Shown one piece after another: positions 1-8,504 of a stretch of 64,000 bases of DNA. The notes beneath the pieces were generated by a model. That model saw only the letters and a list, made by a program, of their open reading frames with translations, made no database searches and was not told the DNA's origin. Numbering within the stretch: position 1 is the first letter of the stretch; every line of letters begins with the position of its first letter. Origin of the DNA: Candidatus Nanohaloarchaea archaeon (lineage in GTDB: Archaea; Nanohalarchaeota; Nanosalinia; Nanosalinales; Nanosalinaceae); contig JBDGRK010000005.1 of the NCBI GenBank assembly GCA_042218075.1, forward strand, positions 4,716 to 68,715, in the 5' to 3' direction. The position numbers and the translations under genes are program-made.

Positions 1-265
1 TGGTTATAGAATTGTCGGTGACCTCCAGCCGACCCGAGTTAACGCTGATTCCTGTGCCCGGGTTGTCAAGGTCTATGCCGTCCACTCTCTGCGGTTCTGT
101 CAGGTTGTTTCCGTTGAGGTCGATCGTGCCGTTGATACTGATATTGTTGGAGCCCAGAGGGGTTATAGAGTAAATGTTCTGCAGGTCAGTGGCCGCTCCA
201 GACGCTGCGAGAACCAGTAAAACCGACGAAGCTGCCAGAAACCTCTTCAAGGAGTCGCGCGACAC
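1..265 (-). CDS. Secreted Asn/Gly-rich surface protein, N-terminal part (continues beyond window start)
   Basis: Hand-translated, absent from the ORF track. GTG at 265 preceded by GAGGT. MSRDSLKRFLAASSVLLVLAASGAATDLQNIYSITPLGSNNISINGTIDLNGNNL... gives a signal peptide plus beta-rich repeats; open to the window edge. Confidence 0.75.
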   Translation of the reverse strand, partial: MSRDSLKRFLAASSVLLVLAASGAATDLQNIYSITPLGSNNISINGTIDLNGNNLTEPQRVDGIDLDNPGTGISVNSGRLEVTDNSIT

Positions 266-318
266 TAATGCTACCTCTGTAAGAAAAGTTGCTCAATCTG
301 ATTTAAACCGTTTTTCAA

Positions 319-939
319 CTACTCCACGTAGACGGAACCCTGTATACTCTCTCCCTCCCCCAAGGGAACCGCCTCGTAGTAGGTTATCGAGTTGAAGCCG
401 GCCTCTCTGCTTCCTCCCGCGGGAACGCGCAGCTTTCCGCCCGAGTCGAACCGGATCTCCAGCGGGTAGCTGTTCCTGTTGACGAAAACCAGTTTATCAC
501 GTGACACAAGCCTGACCCTGGAAGGCCTGGCAACACCTTCCTCCAGAACCACGTTCTTGATTCCAGAAAGATTAGCCTTCTGCTCGGGTGCATCCGCCTT
601 TCCAGACGTTTCAGATCTTCCTGCATCATCAACCAGGAAAGCCGCCGACAGACCCACAAGAACGATCAAAAACACGGAGATACCAGCCATCACTGCAATA
701 TTCTTCCGCTTTTCAACCGCCTTTTGCTCCAGCCCGGAAGCCAGTTGCTCGATCCTCTCGGCCTCCTCCACCACTGAAGTCTGGTTCGAAGTATTATTTG
801 TTCCCTGCCTCTGCTTCATCACCTGGCTGACAATCCCGGGATCGAAGCCTTTCTCCTCAAGAACCGACTCCAGCTCCCCCGGATCAACTCCCTGATCCAG
901 TTTCCGCCGCACGAACTCCCTAACCCGGTCCTCTGCCAT
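319..939 (-). CDS. Membrane-anchored protein with C-terminal cupredoxin-like beta domain
   Basis: Single TM helix (IAVMAGISVFLIVLVGLSAAFLV). C-terminal PSRVRLVSRDKLVFVN...G...YY...GSVYVE pattern is cupredoxin-like but has no Cu ligands. Confidence 0.6.
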   Translation of the reverse strand: MAEDRVREFVRRKLDQGVDPGELESVLEEKGFDPGIVSQVMKQRQGTNNTSNQTSVVEEAERIEQLASGLEQKAVEKRKNIAVMAGISVFLIVLVGLSAAFLVDDAGRSETSGKADAPEQKANLSGIKNVVLEEGVARPSRVRLVSRDKLVFVNRNSYPLEIRFDSGGKLRVPAGGSREAGFNSITYYEAVPLGEGESIQGSVYVE

Positions 940-1020
940 GAAACTTTAATTGTAGATGATTGAATAAAAGTTCAACACAGGCCTTAAGCCTGAAGAAAGA
1001 CCCATCAGTCTGAGGTTACG

Positions 1021-2184
1021 CTATGAGCGGATCTTTCCAAGATGCTCCTTCAACTGCCGCCTCCTCCTGTACAGGCTTAAGCCAGATGAGATTATGAAAA
1101 GCGCAGAAAGAATGATTCTGGCGGTTCGCAGACCTGCTTTCCTTTCCCTGACATCCCCCGCATTGTAAACAGAATAATACACCTTTTCATCACCTGTGTA
1201 CGCGGCGTAAACGTTTCCCCCGGAAACCTCGAGATCGTTGAACCTTCCGATATCCTCCCCTTCTTTCAGAACTTGCCTGATCCATGAACTATCATTATTC
1301 CTCCTGTAAACCACTCCTGTTCCTGGCTCGTGGTACAAAAGGTGAACCTGATCCTCCACATCAAGCGACATCCTCGAGAAGAAAGCCTGGAAGAACTGCT
1401 TTTCTCTATCTCCGTTCCTGTAAGTAACCTGCCTCGAGTCGCGGTCAAGGTAGAGGTAGTGAGGTTCGCAGTCAACTGCATCCATCGCAACATCGGATCT
1501 CGCGTTAACGCTCAGGTTCTCCGAGCTCCATTCCCCGGAGTACTTCCCCAGCTTCATTCTCGCTGTATCCCTGCCCCTGTACGCAGCTAGAATTCTATCT
1601 CCACAGGAAGAGGTCGAGGTGAACCATCCCTGGCCGTTCTCCAGCCTTCTCGTGCTCCAGCTTTCCTTTTTCTCCGCCAGCTTCAGTCCCCGGGAGGGGG
1701 AATGGTAGAGTATCACAGGCTTCCCGTTCAAGAAGGATAGAGAGCTGTACATGCCGACTGATATCCCTCCCCCTGCAACGCCTTCAATTACCTCCCTCTC
1801 CCATTTACTGCCGTTCCTGTAAGCGTACTTCAGCTTCTCCTCTCCGATGGTTCCGTCCTGGTAGGCCAGGTAAGGCTTCCCTCCACTCGATTCCAGAGAG
1901 ACGTACATTCCAGCCCCTGATTTATTGTCTACGACCTGTCTCTCCCATCCTGAAGCCGAGAGGAAAGGTATTTCCGACATCTTCCTCTCCTCTATCACTA
2001 GCCCTTCCTCGGTCGACTCCACGTACGCCACTCCTACTTTAGCTCCGTAGGCGTCCACCTCCACGAACTTTCCCAGAGTCTCGTTGTCAAGAACTTCCCT
2101 TTGCCACTCAGCTTCGGGTACTTCGTAAATCAGGCTCCCGGCCAAAAGAGCGGATAAAAGAGCTGTAAGAATTATGTATTTCAT
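1021..2184 (-). CDS. Membrane-anchored beta-propeller surface protein
   Basis: Signal peptide, repeated W.REVVD..G.Y.SL blades, C-terminal TM followed by RRRR. Confidence 0.7.
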   Translation of the reverse strand: MKYIILTALLSALLAGSLIYEVPEAEWQREVLDNETLGKFVEVDAYGAKVGVAYVESTEEGLVIEERKMSEIPFLSASGWERQVVDNKSGAGMYVSLESSGGKPYLAYQDGTIGEEKLKYAYRNGSKWEREVIEGVAGGGISVGMYSSLSFLNGKPVILYHSPSRGLKLAEKKESWSTRRLENGQGWFTSTSSCGDRILAAYRGRDTARMKLGKYSGEWSSENLSVNARSDVAMDAVDCEPHYLYLDRDSRQVTYRNGDREKQFFQAFFSRMSLDVEDQVHLLYHEPGTGVVYRRNNDSSWIRQVLKEGEDIGRFNDLEVSGGNVYAAYTGDEKVYYSVYNAGDVRERKAGLRTARIILSALFIISSGLSLYRRRRQLKEHLGKIRS

Positions 2185-3602
2185 CCCATCGAGACCAGCA
2201 TCTTGATCTCGGACGGGTTTTCAGCGGGCTGCATCGCCTTTCCGATTATCGCTCCCTCGCACTCGTCCATCTCCTCACACTTCATGGCCTTTCCAGGAGT
2301 TGAAGAAGTGGTCAGCATGTCTCCAGGTGATATCTCCCCGTTCTCCATCGAGACTTTAACTCTGGCTGTTCCGGTCATTGCAACAGGAACACCGTCCCGC
2401 TCCTTAGCCATCACCATCGCAGGATTAGACGAAACGACTCCAGCGACTTCAGTATCGTGTCTCTCATCTGTTCTATCAACGCTCATGTTGCCCGAGATCT
2501 CCACCACAGTTCCAGGTTCCAGCCTCGACTCGTTCCGGATCTTCTCCGCGACGTCGGCTCCCGCACCCACAACGTTGCCTCCAACCTCTATATTGTCCTC
2601 GACATAGATGTCATTGCCGTTGACCTTTGAAGTTCCTGTAGAGTAGTCTCCCGCTATTATGTTGTTCGAGTGGAGGATGTCCGCGTCCTGGATCTCGTTG
2701 CTCCTCATGTTGATGTTGCCCGAACCGGAAGGATCGATATCTATATCACCGGATCCAACGTCCGCGATCGGGTTGCCACTCATGTTCAGCGTTCCCGTCA
2801 TGTTGTCGCCTGTCTCGTTCACGTAGTCTCCCTGCACCGCTCCAGTCGCAGACGCACAGTCGCCATCCCCATCAATAAACTCACCTGAAGAACACTCGGT
2901 CGACCCGACAGTTAGCTTATTGTTGACAGTCAGGTCTCCGTTGGGGATTTCTACGTTGTTGGCTCCGTCGTGTCTTATCACGTCGTTTGTTCCGTCTGTT
3001 ATGTTGGATATTGTGTTTGAGCCGAGGTTGAGGTTTCCGTTCGGTATTTCAACGTTGTTGGAGCCGTCGAGGTGGATCGTGTTGGTTCCTGTCCCGTCCT
3101 GTATTCCATCGATATTCTGCAGCTCGTTCTCGTTCAGGTCAAGGTTGTCATCTACCTGGACCGCGTCTCCGCCTCCATCGATCGAATACACATCGTTTAT
3201 GCTGCCGTTATCAAGGTTCGCGTCCCCGCCTGAAAAGTTGAGAGATCCGTTTATCGTCAGTCCCTCCTCAAACTTCAGGGTGTCGATATCCGTGATATTA
3301 TTGCCGGTCATGTTGATGTTCGAGTTCTTGAAATCCCATTCATCGTTACTGTAGTCGAGGTAGAGCTCCTGGGCCTCTCCCTCCGTGGTGATCGAGAGAT
3401 TGTTCAGTACCATGCCCTCCGGTTCCTCCCCAGAGTTCAGCTTCAGCTGGGAGATGTTGAAAATCTCGTAGTTGGACATGTTGAAATCAGTATCTGTCGG
3501 ATGGACCTGGCTAAGCGGATGCCTAGGCGAGGGCGCTGCCACGGATCCCGAGATCATGGCGACGCAAAACAAAGCCATTAAAAGCCGTACTCTTTTCACC
3601 AC
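2181..3602 (-). CDS. Secreted fibre/adhesin-like protein with C-terminal peptidase G2-type intramolecular chaperone domain
   Basis: Signal peptide; N/D/G-rich repeats; YVNETGDNMTGTL tail-fibre-like motif; C-terminal GADVAE...PGTVV...GVVSSNP...VAMTG..VKV...I.PGD.LTTS...GAIIGKA. Confidence 0.75.
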   Translation of the reverse strand: MVKRVRLLMALFCVAMISGSVAAPSPRHPLSQVHPTDTDFNMSNYEIFNISQLKLNSGEEPEGMVLNNLSITTEGEAQELYLDYSNDEWDFKNSNINMTGNNITDIDTLKFEEGLTINGSLNFSGGDANLDNGSINDVYSIDGGGDAVQVDDNLDLNENELQNIDGIQDGTGTNTIHLDGSNNVEIPNGNLNLGSNTISNITDGTNDVIRHDGANNVEIPNGDLTVNNKLTVGSTECSSGEFIDGDGDCASATGAVQGDYVNETGDNMTGTLNMSGNPIADVGSGDIDIDPSGSGNINMRSNEIQDADILHSNNIIAGDYSTGTSKVNGNDIYVEDNIEVGGNVVGAGADVAEKIRNESRLEPGTVVEISGNMSVDRTDERHDTEVAGVVSSNPAMVMAKERDGVPVAMTGTARVKVSMENGEISPGDMLTTSSTPGKAMKCEEMDECEGAIIGKAMQPAENPSEIKMLVSMG

Positions 3603-3665
3603 TGAAATACCCTTGTCAATTATTTCTCCGGCCCGTTTAAACTGGTTGTGTTGGAAATAGGGAAA

Positions 3666-4277
3666 TCAACCTGAAACGTTGTAGCTGCAGCCTGTGAACT
3701 GTTCCAGTTGAGCCCTTGTCTGAACTCCTTGCTGGACTGAACCGTTGTACACGAAGGCGGGAGTCCTCCTTATGCCCGCCTGCACCGCCCTCTGCAGGGT
3801 CTGGTTGTTGTTGATATCTGCGTAGAAAGGAGACACAGTGTTCAGACCGCCCAGAAGCTGCACCTGTGCTCTCGTGGCTCTCCTGGAAATATTTCCAAAC
3901 ATTATAACGTTCTTACTCGAGAGGCAGGAGGCAAATTCTGAAGTCGCGGATACCCTTCTCTGGAACTGTTGGAAATCGGTCAATCCTCCCTCGGGAATCA
4001 CCTGTGATCCATCCTTCGTCATGAAGTATGTAACAAGCTGGTCGTTCTGCGTCCTCAGCTGTATCCTGTAAAGACCGTTGTTCTCCTCCGTCTTCACCAC
4101 CTCGTAGCTCTGCCCGGAACTCTTTTCAAGAGTAGAAGCCAGCTCAGTCGCCGCCTGTGAAGGACTGCTTCCAAGATCAGGTGCTAGATAGGCCGCTGTC
4201 CCACCGACTAAAAGCCCGAAAAACAGGATCAAAATCGAGGCAGGCTCAATTTTATCCAATTTTTGTCCCAGCTCCAT
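3666..4277 (-). CDS. Membrane-anchored thioredoxin-fold protein lacking CxxC
   Basis: N-terminal TM, DsbC-like YFMTKDG segment, FASCL..KNVIMFG...Q.LLG...TPAF...G...LEQFTGC pattern of DPANN Trx-like domains. Confidence 0.65.
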   Translation of the reverse strand: MELGQKLDKIEPASILILFFGLLVGGTAAYLAPDLGSSPSQAATELASTLEKSSGQSYEVVKTEENNGLYRIQLRTQNDQLVTYFMTKDGSQVIPEGGLTDFQQFQRRVSATSEFASCLSSKNVIMFGNISRRATRAQVQLLGGLNTVSPFYADINNNQTLQRAVQAGIRRTPAFVYNGSVQQGVQTRAQLEQFTGCSYNVSG

Positions 4278-4365
4278 ATACTATCCTTTCATTGAAGACT
4301 TTAAAATACTACAGGATTGAGGTGAACTTTTAATCAGAGCCTAACAAAAAATTCTCGTGGGATAG

Positions 4366-5280
4366 ATGAGGCACAGGATAGCGGTTCTAACAGTCTTGAT
4401 GGTATTCACAGCTTCAGGTGCTTCAGCGGCAGAATTCAGCATAAGAGAGGATAGCTGCGGGGGAGGAGAGGAGAACCTTTTCTCAATGCACAACAAGTCA
4501 GGAGGGAACGTTGCAGAGCCCGGATATTTCAAGTGGCAGGTCTGTGCCGACGGTATAGAAAGCAGCAGCTTCAGCAAGAGCTGTTCCGGATCACTTAACA
4601 GCATTCTATCCCTGCACCAGAAAAATGATTCCCACGCATCGATCTACGAGAGCTACAGGTGGCAGGTATGCGCCTCGATAGACGCATCCCTCAACAATTC
4701 ATGCGCATCACAGGATAAGATAGTGACGCTGGCGAAGAAGGATGATTCACACGTTGCAGAGCCGGGAGAGTTACAGTACACCCTGTGTGCGGAGGCAGAG
4801 ACCGTCGACACAGTTACACTAGAGATGGAGACAGACGCAGACAGTGTCTACGTGGACGGTGAATCGGCCTCAGAGACGAGCTATTACTCATCCGAACTCG
4901 AATATCCCTACATAACCTCGGATCAACCAGCAGGCATAGTCAGCTATGGAGACGTGAAATCGATAAACTACTCCACATCAGGATCAACCGACATTATGCG
5001 GGTTAAACAGTCCTCGGGATCGTTCCTGGTTCCCAACACTCAGGGAGGTTACGAGGAGCTTGAGGATGAAAAGGATCTGGTTGAGAACAGGCAGCTTGTA
5101 AAGAACATCGAACCAAGCTTCGCCTTCACTATGCCGGACCAGGCGACTATCAGAGTAATCTACGGTCCCGACACCAATCTCATAGGTTTCGACAGAAGGC
5201 TCAGCGATGACGTAGATCTGCTCGCCAGGAACCGGGTTGATGGAGATTCAACCCCGGACATAATTCTCGAGCCGGAATAA
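4366..5280 (+). CDS. Secreted protein with three Cys/His-containing repeats
   Basis: Signal peptide; three repeats of SC..(L/I)(F/L)S(M/L)...(GN/SH)(V/A)...W(Q)VC. Confidence 0.75.
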   Translation: MRHRIAVLTVLMVFTASGASAAEFSIREDSCGGGEENLFSMHNKSGGNVAEPGYFKWQVCADGIESSSFSKSCSGSLNSILSLHQKNDSHASIYESYRWQVCASIDASLNNSCASQDKIVTLAKKDDSHVAEPGELQYTLCAEAETVDTVTLEMETDADSVYVDGESASETSYYSSELEYPYITSDQPAGIVSYGDVKSINYSTSGSTDIMRVKQSSGSFLVPNTQGGYEELEDEKDLVENRQLVKNIEPSFAFTMPDQATIRVIYGPDTNLIGFDRRLSDDVDLLARNRVDGDSTPDIILEPE

Positions 5281-5312
5281 GAGTGATAAACATTTGACCG
5301 GAGCTTTACAGT

Positions 5313-5513
5313 ATGGGAGACCGGAACTTCTGGATAATCGAACTCTACAGCGACGATACCGCAAACGTCTCGATAATGAGCGAAGAAGAGGCAGAGGCAC
5401 TAAAGGAAATGAACGACCTGGAGGAATGGCAGTGGGCTCCCGCCGACAAGGCGGACGAGGAAGAGATGATCGAAAGAGCAGAGGAGCACGGTTTCGAGCA
5501 CGATCCATGGTGA
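5313..5513 (+). CDS. Small acidic hypothetical protein
   Basis: 66 aa with halophile-type acidic composition; AT-rich box about 25 nt upstream. Confidence 0.65.
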   Translation: MGDRNFWIIELYSDDTANVSIMSEEEAEALKEMNDLEEWQWAPADKADEEEMIERAEEHGFEHDPW

Positions 5514-5691
5514 TCGGAAAAATATATTGAGATCCTGCCTGTTTTACCTCTTACTGTAGTAGATGGTAATTCAAATTTGCAAGTAGTAAAATCAGATTTT
5601 TACTGGTTCTTCCGCTTATTTAGTTTAATGAAACAGGAAGCAATTCGAGAGTAGGAAAGAAATTTAAGTCTGAAATTCATACATTCATATC

Positions 5692-5931
5692 ATGTCATCT
5701 ACTGCTGAGGTTGGAAAGATCGGTACCCGGGGCCAGGTAACTATACCAAAAGAGGTCCGTGAAGACGAGGAACTAGAACCAGGGGATCACGTCGTAATCT
5801 GGAGAGAAAATGGTCGACTTGTAATAGAGAAACTTGATCTGGATAGGTGGCGGGAAACCGCCAAGGAAGTCAGGGAAGACTACGAGGGTCCAAAATCAGC
5901 AGAGGAAATAGCGGAGATGATTGATGACTAG
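5692..5931 (+). CDS. AbrB/MazE/SpoVT-family DNA-binding protein (VapB-type antitoxin)
   Basis: RGQVTIPKEVRE...LEPGD.V signature. Confidence 0.9.
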   Translation: MSSTAEVGKIGTRGQVTIPKEVREDEELEPGDHVVIWRENGRLVIEKLDLDRWRETAKEVREDYEGPKSAEEIAEMIDD

Positions 5932-6034
5932 AAATATTGTGTCAGGTGATAGAGAACATGTTCAGCCGATTGAATCATTCCGGGGAACTGCAGTAATATC
6001 GCCTAGTGAAATGGCCCGCAGATTAGAAAGATAG
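5924..6034 (+). pseudogene. Internally deleted PIN-domain (VapC-type) toxin remnant
   Basis: 36-aa ORF overlapping the antitoxin stop: MTRNIVSGDREHVQPIESFRGTAVISPSEMARRLER. It matches the C-terminal IVSGD...F.G..I.SP.E end of PIN toxins. Confidence 0.7.
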
Positions 6035-6085
6035 GAAGATACCGGATTCGCCCTAAATAGGAATTAATTCGAAGAATTACTTTCT

Positions 6086-6171
6086 TGGACCGGCCCGGAT
6101 TTGAACCGGGGACAACTGCATAACTGAACTATTCTTCAGTGCAGCGCTCTCCCAGGCTGAGCTACCGGTCC
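6086..6171 (-). tRNA. tRNA-Phe(GAA) with a 12-nt intron at 37/38 (6122-6133); CCA not encoded
   Basis: GGACCGG acceptor stem, D arm GCTC/GAGC, anticodon stem CTGCA/TGCAG with CT-GAA-G, intron AATAGTTCAGTT, T arm CCCGG-TTCAAAT-CCGGG, discriminator A. Confidence 0.95.
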
Positions 6172-6234
6172 CTGATACCCGACTTTTGGAAGGTGAGTTT
6201 TAAGAAATAAAACATTCGCCACCAGCTTTAGCCT

Positions 6235-7236
6235 ATGAAAGATGAAACCCGGGAAAACGTCCTGCCCGGGACAGACAAAGAATACACTGGAGAAAAAGTG
6301 GAAGGATACGACTTCAGGGGAGAGTTAGACTTCGGAGAGATGCTGGAAAACTACTCCTCCACCGGATTCCAGGCCTCCCATCTGAGTGAGGCGATCGAGA
6401 TAGTCACGGAGATGAGACAGGATGAAGCGAAGATTTTCCTCACCTTCACCTCCAACATAATCTCTTCCGGATTGAGGGAAACGGTAGCATACCTTGCCAG
6501 AGAGGACCTGATCGATGTTATCATCACCTCATCGGGATCCCACACCGAAGACGTGATCAAGACGAAGAAGGATTTCAAGATGGGTGAGTGGGAAGCGGAT
6601 GAGAAAGAGTTGAGGCAGAAAGGAATCAACAGGCTGGGAAATATCTACGTGGAGTCGGACTGCTACGTCTGGCTGGAGGACTGGCTCAACACTGAGTTCT
6701 TCCCGGAATTCTTCGAGCAGGAAAAGCTGAGGAAGCCTACAGAGGTTGCCAGGGAGCTTGGAAGGAAGGTTGGAGGAGACAGCGATCTCGACGAATCGGA
6801 TTCATTCATCTACCATGCCTTTGAGAATGATATTCCGGTCTACTGTCCCGCACTGATCGACGCTGAGATAGGCGACTTCATGTTCTACTACAGGCAGGAA
6901 AAGGATGAGGAGATAGGTATAGAGATACTGGAGGACTGGGATTCGCTGATCCATGAAGCGGTGGAGGCGGAAAAGACAGGTATAATAGCGGTGGGAGACG
7001 GCGTCCCTAAACACCAGGCCATCATGTCAAACCTTTTCAGGGGAGGAGCGAACTACGCCGTCTACATCTCGACTGGCATGGAGGGAGACGGATCCCTTTC
7101 AGGCGCTCCACCTGGAGAGGCGGTCTCCTGGGGAAAGATAGTTGAAGAAGATGAGAAAAATTACGCGCAGGTGGAGGCCGAAGCCACACTTGTGTTTCCG
7201 CTTCTGGTCGCCGCTGCGTTCAAGGAGCGAGACTAG
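6235..7236 (+). CDS. dys: Deoxyhypusine synthase
   Basis: TGFQAS, FTSNIISSGLR, GINRLGN, DGSLSGA..EAVSWGK motifs. Confidence 0.95.
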   Translation: MKDETRENVLPGTDKEYTGEKVEGYDFRGELDFGEMLENYSSTGFQASHLSEAIEIVTEMRQDEAKIFLTFTSNIISSGLRETVAYLAREDLIDVIITSSGSHTEDVIKTKKDFKMGEWEADEKELRQKGINRLGNIYVESDCYVWLEDWLNTEFFPEFFEQEKLRKPTEVARELGRKVGGDSDLDESDSFIYHAFENDIPVYCPALIDAEIGDFMFYYRQEKDEEIGIEILEDWDSLIHEAVEAEKTGIIAVGDGVPKHQAIMSNLFRGGANYAVYISTGMEGDGSLSGAPPGEAVSWGKIVEEDEKNYAQVEAEATLVFPLLVAAAFKERD

Positions 7237-7598
7237 AACTTCTCCGAGATCTTTCCCGCTATCGATTCTATAGCTAAAGCCAGGTCGTGGGAGTCAAGAC
7301 TGTCAGTGCTCTTCCACTCAGCGCTTTCAGGTTCACCTTCAATCTCCACGCTGTAGGGCTGGAGCCTGAACTCTTCACCGTCCCTCTCGAAACTATTCTT
7401 GAGGTTCTTTCTGTACTTCACAGCTTCGGACTCACATCCGGTGTGTTCCTCCGCGATTCTTTCCGCGGTCTCGGCAGAAAGCTCGCCATTTTCTCCTTCC
7501 GCGGTCGGTATACTCCAGGACTCTCTTTCCTCGTCGAAAACCATCAGGATTTTTCCCTCTCTAACTATAAGACTTCCAGAAACCTCGGAAACTACCAT
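7233..7598 (-). CDS. NUDIX-fold protein with degenerate Nudix box
   Basis: GKILMV...WSIP....GE...ETAERIAEEHTG. Confidence 0.7.
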   Translation of the reverse strand: MVVSEVSGSLIVREGKILMVFDEERESWSIPTAEGENGELSAETAERIAEEHTGCESEAVKYRKNLKNSFERDGEEFRLQPYSVEIEGEPESAEWKSTDSLDSHDLALAIESIAGKISEKF

Positions 7599-7682
7599 GG
7601 TTAAAATGCGGTAGGCTCACTTAAAAACAGGTGCTCCGGTAAAGACTTCAAGTTCAAATCGCAATTTGTTCACGGCATCAAA

Positions 7683-8498
7683 ATGGACTATATTGAGATA
7701 CAGGGGGAAGAAATACCGGCCCCGGGACTTGGAACCTGGCAAATGACAGAAGGGTGCGCTGATACCGTTAAAAGGGCGCTGGATATGGGATATCGCCATG
7801 TGGACACAGCCCAGGCGTACAGGAATGAGAGAAAGGTTGGTGAGGGAATCCAAGAATCTGAGGTGGACAGAGATGAATTCTGGCTAACGACAAAGCTCTG
7901 GAGGAAAAACCTGAACAGGAGACGGCTGAAGGATTCAGTTGAACAGAGCCTGGAAAAGCTGAAAACTGATTACGTTGATCTGCTGCTGATTCACTGGCCT
8001 TTCAGGGATATGGATCTGGAGGTGGTACTGGAAGAGATGAATGAAGTGGTCGCTGAGGGAAAAGCCAGGAATATAGTTGTCAGCAACTTTAAGATTCGGC
8101 AGATGGAGCAGGCGAAGCAGCTCTCCGAAAGGAAACTTCTCACAAACCAGGTCGAGTACCATCCTTTCCTGGATCAGCAAAAGGTTCTCCAGAAATGCAG
8201 GCAGATGGATATGATGCTGACAGCATATTCCCCTCTGGCGAGAGGCGATGTGATCGGGAACGAAACCCTGAGCGAGATTGGTGAGAGCTACGGGAAGACA
8301 GCGGCTCAGGTAGCTCTAAAGTGGCTAATACAGCAGGAAAACGTCTCTGCTATTCCAAAGGCGTCTTCGGAGAAACACCTCAGGCAGAACCTCGATATCT
8401 TCGACTTCCAGCTCTCAGAAAGCGAGATGGAAACTATAGACAGACTCAAGGGAGATCAAAGAAAGCTGGATCCCGCATTTGCACCGGACTGGGACTGA
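7683..8498 (+). CDS. Aldo/keto reductase
   Basis: GLGTW, DTAQAY, TTKLW, LLLIHWP, NQVEYHP, AYSPLARG, IPKAS. Confidence 0.95.
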   Translation: MDYIEIQGEEIPAPGLGTWQMTEGCADTVKRALDMGYRHVDTAQAYRNERKVGEGIQESEVDRDEFWLTTKLWRKNLNRRRLKDSVEQSLEKLKTDYVDLLLIHWPFRDMDLEVVLEEMNEVVAEGKARNIVVSNFKIRQMEQAKQLSERKLLTNQVEYHPFLDQQKVLQKCRQMDMMLTAYSPLARGDVIGNETLSEIGESYGKTAAQVALKWLIQQENVSAIPKASSEKHLRQNLDIFDFQLSESEMETIDRLKGDQRKLDPAFAPDWD

Positions 8499-8504
8499 AA
8501 TTTT

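Noticed and set aside
3628-3642. att-site duplicate of the tRNA-Phe 3' end (CCGGCCCG..TTTAAAC)
   Set aside because: Only 8 contiguous matches; the rest is the likely TATA box of the fibre gene; no integrase in the window.
5530-5650. Possible structured RNA (CCTGTTT/AAACAGG, AGTAAAA/TTTTACT)
   Set aside because: AT-rich, weak stems, no second copy; cannot be told from chance by eye.
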